Assembly: GCA_964188305.1 (NCBI GenBank)
Contig: OZ076889.1
Reading direction: 5' to 3' (one strand)
From: Podarcis bocagei
Taxonomy: Eukaryota
Length of the DNA: 64,000 nt
Both the position numbers and the translations under genes were made by a program. A model generated the notes under the pieces. It had not been told where the DNA came from, searched no databases, and saw nothing but the letters and a program-made list of their open reading frames with translations. Below, in pieces: positions 52,168-64,000 of the stretch (position 1 is the first letter of the stretch; each line of letters begins with the position of its first letter).

Positions 52168-52376
52168 GGGTTGTGTTCAATGCTGCTGTTCCACTTGCAC
52201 AGCAGACTTCCACTTATGCAAGGAAACTTCCCCCTCCTCTCCCTTGCAGCCCCCCACCACCTCAAAATCTGCTCCAGAAGGTCGGAGGGGCTTCGCAAGC
52301 TGATTTTGGGAGTGCACAAGGAGAGGCATGGAAGGGGAAGTCCTGCTGTTCACTTGCAGAGTAATGACTACAACTC
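52168..52376. mobile_element. Palindromic MITE (GGGTTGTATTCAA-like ends)
   Basis: TIRs gggttgtgttcaatgct / agtaatgactacaactc and internal inverted acttcccc...ggggaagt. Weaker relatives at about 40745, 56812 and 60250. Confidence 0.7.
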
Positions 52377-53314
52377 AGTAACTCTATAGCAGTGATAGCC
52401 TAGAGTGAAAGGGTGGGGTGATCATTTTGCTTAACAAAATACACCAAACTGATGACAAAAACACAGAGGTTAGTTAGTCCCAGGCCTCTGTTCTGATACA
52501 GGAAACCCTAATCCTTATGTACCATTGGGAGATGCTTAATAATAAAAACTCCATACACAAACCCTTCACAACTTCCCTCCCCGCATCCCACCAGGGTGAT
52601 CTACCACCATGTGCCCTGTGGGAAGGATTCCAGGAGTAGAAGGAAGGCTGCTGCAGCTGGACTATTTCCTTCCCACAGGATCCTGATGGGTTTTTAATAG
52701 TATTGTTTATTGTATTTTTAAAGTATGTAATTGAATGTTACTTGTAAGCAGCCTTGGTAGAATTTAGATCTCAAAAGGGAAAATATAAATAATTTAAATA
52801 AATAACACTAAATAAACACAAAATTTGACACTTTTTAGTAGATTTATAATGGGGAAATTTCATTTTATAACCAAATCTATTTAGCAAGCAGCTTTATTGT
52901 GAAAGGCAGATAATAACCTGCACCCCACAAAAGCCAGATTGTCACTGAACCTCTATTCTAAGAATTAAGCAAAGGCCAGACTTGAATTTGTATTTCTTTT
53001 TTGCTATAAAACTTCTGTTTCCCTCTTATAGTGCACAACATTCTTCTCTATCCCCATTCATTATTTTTGGTTTAATGCAACTAAATGTAAAGTGGTTTGA
53101 GTCTATAGTGGGGATACATAAGGCAAGTGAACTGGTCAGTCTTTAGGATGGGGAACCTGTGGTCCACCCAATATTGTTGGACTCCATCAGCCCCAGCCAG
53201 CACTTTCAATCCTGTTTCCCAAATGAAACCAAGCCCAGGTACATGAAACTTCATTTTGATTCTCCCTCTTCTATTGCCTCTCCCACAACCACAAGCCAGT
53301 TCTCAAATATTCAA

Positions 53315-53408
53315 AATTTAGACTGTAGCCTCCTCAGGGACGTGTGTCTTGCCATTTCTTTATGTTGTAAGTGCCACTGGTGGTGCTATACAAATAATAA
53401 ATAATATT
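53315..53408 (+). mobile_element. Ancient L2 3' terminus
   Basis: ttagactgtagcctcctcaggg...ggtgctatacaaataataaataata. Confidence 0.55.
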
Positions 53409-56400
53409 AGATAGAAAACATGGTGCAGCACCAGCAAGCAAGATTCCACGCTTGTGTTTCTTTGGCTGGCTATCATTGGAGTGTGTGTGTGTGTAAAGAT
53501 TAAACTCCAATTAAACTGTAATTGAATCTAATGAATACCAAATACCTGACTAGCTGAATAAGCAGCTCATAATGGAAAATTATTTTCTTGCAGTAACATC
53601 CCTAGAATGGTAACATATACCTTTTAGGGGAAATTTTTAATTTTCAGAATGCAACGTTCCTCTAGGTGGACTCCTGAAGTTCATCAAGTCATTATTAGGT
53701 GGAATTTTAAGAAGAGAGGGGGTCAGAGAGGCTGCATTCTTGAAACTGTTTTAATATTAATCCATAGTTTAATTAGGTAATAGCAGCAGCCTACAGGCTT
53801 CACATACTCTTGAAAAGGAAAATAAGTGTGTATGTTAACTGTTCTATGCCTCTTTCATTCCTTTTCCGTGTTATGAGAAAAAAAATTTCCCTAACAACTA
53901 AAAATGGACTGCAAAGAATAGAGCGACATGGAGCAGAATCCAAATCTATTCTGTATATGGCATGGCTGTTCTGGCAAGTCCAGTTGAGATGTCTATTACA
54001 ACATGTTCCCATATTTTCTGGAATCAATTTCAGTTTATGCACCCTGATGATGTGAACAGTTTCTTGTTCTCTTGACTCCTGTCCATTCTGGTTGGTGAAA
54101 GCCAGTTGAGGTTGCGGCCCAACCAGGTAGGTCCAGGGTGTGGTGAACACATCTTTGCACAATGGAGTGGTGCCTGCTGCCCTTCAACAAGCAGCAGTGC
54201 ATCCACCCATAGAGAAGCCCACTCTGGACCCTGTAGTCCACAGTAACTATCTCCTGGTCATGAATGCCCCCTCATGGACAAGGCAGTAGTGATAGTGGTG
54301 GTGGTACAATGGTAGGAGTTCCTGGAAGAGACAATCTATTTGAAACTGGCTCTAGGAATCCCACAAGATTCCCTCTTTCTGTTTTGTGATTACCACCAGT
54401 ATGTTTCAGCTGAAAATATGCAAAAACAAATAGTTCATGCTCAGGTTTATGCTTCCCTGACCCCAAGCTAAGAAGAAAACACCTATGGCCTGCCCATCTG
54501 ACTTTAATAGCAGCCAGAATTTGAGCACCTTATACCACAGGCCATTGTGGAAGAGTACAGTGTAGTATGGAAAAAAGAAACTATGTAAGTTGGTCCATGT
54601 CTTCTAGCTCCTTCTGTTGACAAAGTATTTCTGGCCCTGTGAGCTAGGTTATCTAGGGAAAAATCCAGCATTAGCCCAGACTCACAATTCTGTTTAATTC
54701 TACATCAGTAAAATAGATCTCATGGTGCTCCAGGCAACAAGTCACATTTTTCAGATAACTCCACAGAAATTTGGATAAAGGTGTGCAATTAGTCAATTTG
54801 CCACATATGCTTCCCTTTGCCTTGGCAAGCCCTGCAGCTTTCCCTTGTAGAAATGGCAAAGACAGAAGAGGGCAGCACACCAGACACACTTCAAGACAAT
54901 GTCAACAGCATGGATTTTCCTCTGGTGTTTATCTCGTACACCATCGTATTTCTAGCTTGAGACAGTTTGCTGATTACATAAGCACTTGTCTCTGGCGTAC
55001 CATCAGATAATCGGACCTGGCCTTTCTGTGCAGACAAAAAGACCTATAAAGCTTACTGTCTATAAGTAGAGGTGCAGAGACAAAGCCTTTTACCAGCATT
55101 TAGCAAAATCAGTGCTTTGGGGAAAGCATAGAGGAGGGTTGCCGTTCACAGCTATTTAGACAAAAGCTTATAATAAGAGGTGAGAGAGAGGATACGCAGG
55201 GGAATAGAAGAATAAGGGGCTCATTAGGTGACCCAGGAGCTGTGTAGCCTGCTGCCCATGCTATCATTCACCACACTAGACACTACCATGACAGCTAGAA
55301 ACGCTGGCAGAAGATGGGAAAGGATTTAAACACCCTTGAATGTCATACAAAAGGGAGAAGTTGGGCCACGTTCACCTTGTCCCATCATAGTAACAGGCAA
55401 AGACATGACATACACCTGTTGAAATGATACCATGCATGCATCTGCTCAGTGACAATAAATGCCACATTTTGTATGGAAAATGGCAAGCAGAATTTCTGCT
55501 TACATTAGAGCAATAGCCTCTCCTTTCCCCCATGCCATTTCCCATTGCTCTTTTTGATACAGAAGTTGATCTAGGTATCAGGACCCCAGCACTGAATAGA
55601 TTATGAACATAATGTACTGTAATTTGTCTTGAAGATTTCACTGTACCACAACTTCTTTTCTTCTCCATTTTAAAACTAGGAAATAACTAGGTTATTTTGG
55701 TGAGGAAGCCAATACACCAGACTTACCAGCAAAGTTTTAGCATTATATGAATAAGTCTGGAGAGTTGATGGCATACACTCTCCCCTCTCTTCCTTTCACG
55801 TGTAGCAATTCCTTCTCCCTTTCCTAATTTGCAGCAAACCATAATCCAGGGTTTAATTTTTTAAACATTATTTTTACTCTTAAAAAATCTTCCAAGAAAG
55901 GAGAGGGAAAAAGAAGTGGCTTCATGATCGGCACAAGGGCCAGCTAATCAATGCAATGCAAATCCAGCTTCTGTTGAACATCAGAAAAAACAGTTTCCCC
56001 TGAGTTTAGTCTGGAGCAAATGATTTTACACGCACTTCAGAGTGGGCTCATTGGTAAAATTATGCACATCTAGATGCATCCTAAATCTGGCAGCCATGTT
56101 TAATCAATGTACAAACTACTTCCTGCTGAACTGAAGTTTTTGCACGGGAACTGGACAGTGGCAGGAAGGCAATAAGGAAACCGGGGAAAATATGTTGAAC
56201 CAGTGTCAGTGGCTACGGCTGTGCAAGGTACAAATCCTATCCTGCTGCAAGTTGGAATTTCCAACCAAATTCTCACTAGTTCCAAAACTTGTACTAGAAA
56301 CTGCCTAAACATTTTCCACCATTTGTCCACGATGAGGAGAGCTAGAAAATGAGTTACAGTTATCAATCTTAGCTTTGTAAAAATCAAAGTCCCTAAACTA

Positions 56401-56580
56401 CTTCAATGATACAAGCATCTCAGCAACTAACTAATGCATTCTAGTAAAAACAAACAATAAGCTAAGATTTCAGCAACTGCAGGGAAACTAGAAATAACTG
56501 CCTGCATTTCAGCAGTTCTCAGAAGGGACTATTCCTAAGCAAAAAGAAACATTCAACTCTAGGAAAATGAAGTGTTTTAC

Positions 56581-56697
56581 CTCTGTGCAGAAAGGTGTGA
56601 GCTGTGGATGGACCACTGGCTGCACATACATATGGAAGGTGGATTCAATCTCCATTGTCCGACCATTTAGCTTCAGGATGGGGAACTCAATGATCTC
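56581..56697 (-). CDS. ERI3: ERI3 coding exon (probably exon 4), 117 nt, phase 0/0: EIIEFPILKLNGRTMEIESTFHMYVQPVVHPQLTPFCTE
   Basis: Acceptor ttcttattgtag|GAG and donor GAG|gtaaaa. 39 open codons matching the ERI3 exonuclease domain as I recall it. Confidence 0.96.
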
Positions 56698-57334
56698 CTA
56701 CAATAAGAAAATTAATACGTTAAATGTTACTTTTAAGAAACATTCAAGGAAGTTAAAAGGCAAGCTACAACTGAAAGGAAAGTGCACGTAATATCTGACA
56801 AAGAGCAGTAGTCAGGATGGGAACAATGGCTTGAAACCAAAACCGAAGAACTACAAGCAGAGTGAAATGAAATGGGGATTTCCTGCCCCCTCCATCCTGC
56901 TGAGCCCCCTGCGCTCCTCAAAAAACCACTCAGGAAGGTCACTGAATGCAACACAGAAGACTGCAGCAACATAAGCAGAATTCCCTGCTGTTATGGCTCT
57001 GTTGGATGGATCCAAGGCAAAGGGGTTTTTCTCAAAGGACCTCATCGTTCTACACAGATGGGCAAATTTAGTCCAATTTATTACTGCATCCCTTCTCCAG
57101 GACTTATTTTTTGCAGCCACAACACTCTCAAAAATCTTGCACTGAAGCCAACCACACACTGGTTAGGGCACGTAATTGTGCCTACCATGTGGGCAGGGTA
57201 GGCAGCAAAGAAGGCCTATTTTGCTGCTGCCACTTCATCCTCTACTAGTCAGCTGCCACTCTGCTTTGCAGTGATCTTAATGCCCTAGTTGGTGGAGAAC
57301 CATATGAGGTGTCTAATGTCACAACTGGCTTGGC

Positions 57335-57850
57335 TTTGTGGGATCAGCTTCAGTTGATGCAGCCTGAGGACGTTGACAAGTTGCTTGTAGCTATGCGTCA
57401 AAACTGCTTACTTGAGCTCAGTTCCTCAGTGATAATAAAACTTAGCCAGAAGGGCATGGCTAGGTGGATCCAAGCATGGTGAATGCACATTAAATGGCAA
57501 GGTGGTGTCTCCTGCTGTGAAAGAGGCAGTAGTATGTCTATGCCTAAAATTGTTCGCCCTGCACCCACTAGTCTGGCTATCAACTGGTTTCTAATACACC
57601 TTTCTTAGGAAGTTGATTGAAAGAGTTATGGTGAGTGCAGCTGCAGGCATGCTTAGATGAAGCTGATTATCTAGACCCATTTCAGTCTGGTTTCAGACCT
57701 GCTTTTGGGAACGAATCAGCCTTGATCACCCTAATGGATGGCCTTTACTGGGAGAGGGCTAAAGGGAGTGTGGCATTGTTTCATCAGCTTGATCTCTCTG
57801 TTATTTTTATACCATCAACCATGATATTCTCCTGGACTGGCTCCGTGGGA
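57335..57850 (+). mobile_element. L2 LINE ORF2 reverse transcriptase fragment, disrupted
   Basis: QLQACLDEADYLDPFQSGFRPAFGNESALITLMD...LDLS in ORF 57635..58048. Confidence 0.9.
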
Positions 57851-58690
57851 TGTTCTGGAAGTAAAAAATGCTATTGTCTGCTATTGCCTGTTTACTACAT
57901 TTCTGTAGATCTTATTAAAATTGTTAGTATTAAATATTATCATTATTTATTATATGTGGCCATCTGTTACATTATACTTTGCAAAGAGCAAGCTTCACAA
58001 GTTCCTATCCAAGGGGGCTTTAAACCTAAGCATACACACATGAAATAGAGGAAAGGGAGAAAAATGCACATTGTGTGTAAATATACAAATAAACTTCAGC
58101 TCACATACCACAATATCATCCCATTTGTCCCAGGTGCAAATAGCTAGAACTGAAGGCACAGCCTGTTGGGTTTCCGCTTTTGAGAAACTCTTCCATAGAA
58201 ACTCAAGACAAATGTTAGACTCTATCTTCCACCCACACACCATATTCATATATACACACACACTCATGTACATAACCCTGTACACTGTAGACATTATTAT
58301 GTTCTGTGGCAAATTTATACTGATAAGAGGGAAAGAGAAACAACAGCATGTTCTACTATTTGAAAAATCAAAAATTTACATGGGCTTGTTAATAAAAAGT
58401 TTAAGCAAATGCAGTTATGATAGATTTAGCAATTATTAAAATATACACATGGAATTTAAAAAAAACACCCAAGGAATAAAAACGATAAACTCCTTTGTCT
58501 CTTTCCTCCACACTCCACCCCCTCCCGAGTTTAATGTAAGAGGAGTGACAATTTGCTTGGTGTCTTTAAAGGATAATTTGTCTGCGTTATTTAATAGAGA
58601 AGCATGATGCTGGGGCTCTGGAGTGCAAATGAGCCCACTGAGTGATAGCCAAGCATCGAGCCTCTCAAATCACTTGTGGAGAAAAGAGAG

Positions 58691-58869
58691 NNNNNNNNNN
58701 NNNNNNNNNNNNNNNNNNNNNNNNNNNNNNNNNNNNNNNNNNNNNNNNNNNNNNNNNNNNNNNNNNNNNNNNNNNNNNNNNNNNNNNNNNNNNNNNNNNN
58801 NNNNNNNNNNNNNNNNNNNNNNNNNNNNNNNNNNNNNNNNNNNNNNNNNNNNNNNNNNNNNNNNNNNNN
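58691..58869. other. N gap (179 nt), probably at a GA-rich microsatellite
   Basis: Flanks aaagagag / ggaaaag. Confidence 0.8.
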
Positions 58870-60884
58870 GGAAAAGACGACGAAAGAGAAAAAGAAAAGC
58901 TCCTCTGCCAGGCAACATTTGCATCTTAAGAAACCAACTGCTGCTGTGCAGGCACTGAACAAAGCTTTTGGGCCCTGACCATACCACCACTACCCATCAT
59001 GACTTGTGAGGTCATAAATGTCAGGCAATGACATCAGTATGCTGACAAAGCAACGTGTATACAACAAACAACTTTAAGATTTTGACTGTGTATCCCTCCT
59101 TTGGAAATAAAAAAGGAAGATAAAGAAAAAAGGAACCTATGATTAAATTCTGTAAATACTCGTATCAAGCTTTTATTTGGTGGGCACCAATATAGAATTT
59201 ATTAAAACATGGGAAATACAGGGCTGTAATCCTGCAAACTACATTTAGGAGAGGCGGGTATCACAACACCACCCTCTATATCAGAGGCAGGAGAACTGTA
59301 GAAAGATAGGGAGAGTGAGGAGAATTTTTCTATTTGCAATTTAAAAGTATGGAAAAAAAGTCAGAAAGATATTAAACACTCAAGAATAAAGTTAAGGTGT
59401 AACTGCTTTTCAGCATTCTGCTATTATAAAGCAAAGAAAAGTATACTGCTAGGAAAAATAGATACTATTTGTCAGATGAAATGAATTTTAGTATAGGGAA
59501 TCTTCATGATGAGGGCAGACCATTTGTACAAATTTCAAATAATTCAGATTAAAATGCCTTAGTTACAGCAGTTTACAAATTTTGGCTGGAGTGATTTTTG
59601 CCACTTCCAAATTTTGTTTGTTTCTGGCCAATAGATAATGTATCTTTTAAGACAACAGCAGTACATGACCAGGACAAAATTCAATAGGTACAATTTTACC
59701 ACTTTCTATAAACACACACTAAATTCCTGTTCAGTGATCAGCAATTACATGAAGGGTGATAACTGTTACAGAAGGTGCACTTCACTGCATTTCCTTTAAA
59801 AAGCGGTGGGGGGCATTTTAGAAATCAAAAGATTTTGAGTTTAAGAAAGGCGTTCAGGCACCAAAAAATATAGAGACTGAAAATTAAGGGCTTGCAACTT
59901 AACTTCTGCAGAATGTAAGCTTTCTAGTCTTTCTATAGGCTCACATGCTGCATTCATATGCCCACAACTAGAGCAGAGTATGCCTGGAAAACTGATGTGC
60001 TGATAATGCCCGTTAGTAACTTTGCTCAATTTACTTTTGATTCAACATGCACATGAGCGGGGTCTGCAGTTGATAACAAATTTGCATGAGTTTGGTTGTC
60101 ATAATTTAACATAGCATGTATTGTATTAAACAGCAACATGTCACTGCTCCTATTTCAATACAACCACAAGCTGTAACCAGGGTTTGTTGTGGGGCTTGGA
60201 GAGACAGGCCACAAGTCTCTGTTTGGATACCATGCTAAGTAAAAACCTGGCTTAGCTCTCAGGAGTGCAGAAGGAAGACTGGGAAAGGAGTCAGTGGCAG
60301 ATGTTCTTCTCCAGGAACGTCCTGCTCTCCCCTCATCCTGTGCAATTCACCTCAAGGAAAACTTCTCAGGTAGAGAAACAACACATGGGTATACACCCCA
60401 CCTTCAAGTTTCCCTTTCCCCACCACGCTATATGCCCCCTGCTCACCCACGAGCCTCATGTAACACACAGCAAGTCAGTGATAGGGCTTTTAACAGCATC
60501 AAGCATGCCTAAATCTCTCTTCTACTACTCCTAGCAGGTCAACTCGTGGGACAACAGATGATCTTAGGCATTAAGGGAGACAGACCCAGGCAAGCAGCAC
60601 AACTTCAGGAGGGCTAGTTTAAAACAGCTGGAGGAAATAAAATGAACAAGTCTGAAAATTTTTATGATAGCCCAAATTATTGCCGGCCTATGAAAACTAT
60701 CAGACTACAAAAGACTGACAGGGAAAAAATCAGATGCCCTCGGGAAAAATACAACAGCTTTACTTTCCCACCTCCTTTTCTTGGCTTTCTTGAAAGGAGC
60801 AGAAAGGGCCTTCCCAAAAGGCTGTTATCCCAAAGATCGGGGGGGGGGGGGGAGGCAGAGAGAGCAAGGGAGAGAGAGAAAGAG

Positions 60885-61320
60885 TGCAATGACTTTTTCT
60901 TCCAATGTCTGACAATGTTTGTTCCACCGGTATCTACAACAACAGATACCAGCCCTATGAAATCAGCACCACTGCTCACTAACAATGTTAACCAGCTCCA
61001 CAATGAAATGTAACCTGCGACACCCTGCGCTACTTTCCATTTAAAACTTCCATTTAAAGCACAGCAGAATTTGGGGAGCCTGATGTCCATCCTGCTAATA
61101 AAGACAAGTGTTGGGACCTTTAAAGCTGCCATTCATCTTACGCCTTTATTAATTTCCATTTTCCTAAACCCATGATACATCATGAAATTAGGAGCTGACA
61201 TTCCTGCAGAAACAAAAATATCTATCAAACATAAAGAGGGAGAAAAAGCGCTCCATTACCCAGAATTTATGGCTTAAAGCCGATCTGTTTCCACTTTTTT
61301 TACAAGCATATGGTTTGCTT
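60885..61320. promoter_or_regulatory. Candidate conserved non-coding element or enhancer
   Basis: ACAATG (SOX-type) at 60912, 60982 and 61000, TTTATGG at 61266-61272, retained CpGs, no repeat features. Confidence 0.6.
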
Positions 61321-62400
61321 TAGATAGCCAAAATGTTATTACAGATCTAGAATTTCATTAGGAGCTATTATGAAATGGTAAGCACTTACACACACACAAA
61401 CAACAGGCTGTGTTTCAGAGCACATAGACACAGACTGGCAACTTATCCAGCTTTCAAGTACGAGAATACATTCACACTGTCAACCCAATTCACAAAGAAT
61501 TGATGGGAAAAGAAGAACAGAGAGAGGCTGGAAGTTCACGTGGTTGACCTAGCCTGAGCAAAGGGAGTTGGTGCTGCAACAGTACCACCACATGAGGTAC
61601 AGGGACAGTTAAGAACGTTTCTGACGGAACCAAATTGGTAGTGCAAATACAAAAAAGGGCATATTTTGGTAGTTCAATCCATGTTTGCCTTTCCACCAAC
61701 TTAAACACTCTCTTTCTTAGCATTCCTGTTTGGTTGTTTTTTTAAGTGAATCATGCCACTTAAGTCAGGCACGTTCCATCAGCAGAATATTATCCGTGTT
61801 CTGGCCACTCCACCTCTCTTCCAAACTCTGACCTAACAAAGAAACTCCCCACCCCCTGCAAAGTCTTTTGTGCTGCATTAAGCCACAGATTTTGCCCACT
61901 GCTGACAGATTAGCAATCCAGGACATGACACTCATTTGCTTAAAGAACCCCATGACACCAGCACCTCAAACACTGAGCCTAGTCATCACACTGCACTTTC
62001 CAGCCAAGCAATAACTGTTTTATGCCCGAATTGTGCACTGTCTATTTTTGCTTTAGGATTTTGCCACAATGCCAGCACAAGTTCACTACAACATGAGATA
62101 CTACAACTATTACTCAAGGAATTATTATGCCATTTCCTTAAACTATAAACAGAGCAAAACCTGTTTCTGTCTGCAAAGCACACTGTCACAATCTAACTAA
62201 AAAGGAAGGCAAGGATTCAAATTGCTGGTGATGAAATAATAATCTTTTTAATTCTCTCTATCCATTATTATGAAATCTGTATACAATTACTTGATTTGAA
62301 AATGTCTGCACATAGCCCCAAACATATTTGCATTTATATGGTAGGAACACAGTTTCTCATAGCAATTCTAACCTATAAGAGAAACACTAAAAATCAGCTC

Positions 62401-62401
<1 letters not shown>

Positions 62402-62435
<34 letters not shown>
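62402..62435. repeat. (CA)n microsatellite
   Basis: Direct reading. Confidence 0.97.
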
Positions 62436-62437
<2 letters not shown>

Positions 62438-63459
62438 TGTAGAGAAAAAAGTTATAAATATTCTTACCAAACATGCCTGCTTTAAATCATTTTGTACACA
62501 AAAGTCTGCAGTACTTGCGTTCTAAGGAGTTGGCAGCCCATGAAGTGTTTCTGACCCACCACCCTCAGAGGAAAACACACACACACACACAGGCAGCCCC
62601 CTTATGTAATTTGCCTACCCCACAAAAAGTCGTCAAGAAACAGATGGGAGGCTGAATCTCAACTGGCCTGTTGAAAACTTAAAAGAACTTCCCTTTCCAA
62701 GGGATTAGGAAAATTCATGAGGGCCTGTGATTTCAGCACTATAAACCCACCCTATATTTCACTCCACCCTCCTAAAGAAAAAAAAGCACAACCTCCTTAG
62801 CATGATGTCGCTAAGACAAGGAAAAGGGGGAAAAAAACCTAAGGCTCTAGAAACTGTGAGCTTTCTTGCTGAAAGGAAAAGCTACAAGCTTAACTACCTA
62901 AACAACTTCTGAAGAAATCTTGACTTGGGAACACAACGAAAAGAATTACACCGATATCCACAACGGAATACTTTGTCCACAGTATTGGAGGACCTTATTA
63001 GATTACAGAAATAAAATACCCACAAAAACATTCAGACTCTCAAATGTTTCTCTGAGCAGTGGGCAAGAGGCACTCAAAGATCAGTATAAATTTATTGGCA
63101 GTGGATAAGATTATGCTATTCAGTTCAAAAAAACGCAATTGAGAATAATATATTTCTGCCCCCCGCAACCGCCCTTGCCATTTTTATAAATAAATATAAA
63201 AAAATGAAAGATGCCACGGGAAAATCAGAGCTGTCTGTTCCTCCTGCAATAAAAAAGCCCAGTGCCGCTGATAGTAAGAGATGTTTCTGATAAGAGAAAG
63301 GGCAGCGTTCCTTACTTAAAAGACATCCTATTTGCACCTCCAAGAGAGGAAGGAAGTCAGAGTTTCAGCAGCAGCAGCTCATTTCATTCAACAGTTTTTC
63401 TCCTATTCTTTGAAAAAGACAAGAAAAAGTCATTTTATGTACAAGGAGCTTGTTTCTTA

Positions 63460-63720
63460 AACAAACACTTGTGTTTTTGATTTACACCACAGGCTGCTCC
63501 TAAATAATTTATGGCGGGTTAAATTTATTGCATAGCCCTGGCCGGCTGCAAATTCGAATTGCCAAATAATTAGATTTTAGGGCAATGCTTATAAATTATC
63601 CGCCGATTTGTCCGGACTTGTTTGTCAGTCGCTTTGTGCTCCAGGTCATCTTTGGCATTTTGCTGTTTGTGTTTTAATTGCTGATTTACACTTTGACAGA
63701 TGAGAGTTGATGCCTCCAAG
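63460..63720. promoter_or_regulatory. Candidate highly conserved developmental enhancer (HOX/PBX/MEIS motifs)
   Basis: TGATTTAC at 63478 and 63682, TGACAG at 63694, TAATTTATGG at 63505, and about 7 CpGs in AT-rich sequence. Confidence 0.65.
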
Positions 63721-64000
63721 TTTGGGAGGGGGAGTAAGAGATGTGATAGAAGAATCGGAGATCGTAGAAGGCAGGGGTACCATCCCCCATCTTTTTTTCA
63801 AAGGCAATTAGAAGAAGGGACAGCATGTGGACAGTACTGGCCTAGTGAATTTTTAATTATTATTTTAATGAGAGCTGGCTGAGTTGAGCAGTCCTACACT
63901 GGCCTCCAGGGGTAATGGACAACATGGCTAAACAGCCGTCTGCCCCCACCCCACAGAGAGACACACAAATACACCCTCAAAAATTCTACAGAACTGACCA

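Larger units (their letters stand above)
1..64000 (-). other. ERI3: ERI3 gene body (partial). Introns: >7.3 kb upstream of 56697, 6342 bp, 2233 bp, 21905 bp, and >25.8 kb downstream of 25876
   Basis: Four in-phase ERI3 exons found. The N-terminal Exo I exon and the C-terminal Exo III exons were not found in the window, so the gene extends past both ends. Confidence 0.9.

Noticed and set aside
55727-55756. 30-nt in-frame cassette candidate (TYSYNAKTLL) with CTG|GTAAGT donor
   Set aside because: Poor polypyrimidine tract, and it would split the conserved FCTE-LTGI motif.
57500-57520. Third copy of tggtgtctcctgctg
   Set aside because: It lies inside the L2 fragment and lacks the shared flanks of the 44.7 and 46.5 kb pair.
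57635-58048. RT-like ORF as an active or domesticated gene
   Set aside because: Short L2 remnant with frameshifts upstream and loss of homology after about 57850.
59841-60029. Minus-strand ORF as an alternative first coding exon
   Set aside because: Only a weak GTGCCT donor and no recognisable homology.

Overview
This is vertebrate nuclear DNA from a squamate reptile. The Sauria SINE and MITE content suggests a lacertid lizard, which is an inference. The whole 64 kb lies inside ERI3 (DEDDh 3'-5' exoribonuclease family member 3), transcribed on the minus strand. Four consecutive coding exons can be read directly: 56697-56581, 50238-50179, 47945-47854 and 25948-25876. All have AG/GT boundaries and compatible phases, and they splice into 114 uninterrupted codons (EIIEFPILKL...DYFKQWINLKK). 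They probably correspond to human exons 4-7 (numbering recalled, not verified). No upstream or downstream ERI3 exons were found, so they appear to lie outside the window. The rest is intron. It contains SINEs, CR1 and L2 LINE fragments, Tc1/mariner- and hAT-type MITEs, microsatellites and four N gaps. It also has many repeat-free, CpG-retaining blocks rich in developmental transcription-factor motifs, which look like conserved non-coding elements. The most interesting candidate is an 89-nt stop-containing cassette exon with strong splice signals at 14642-14730, overlapped by an exon-like signal on the opposite strand. I found no convincing evidence of a novel multi-gene system, CRISPR array or intact transposon ORF. 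Repeat boundaries without TSD/TIR support are approximate.
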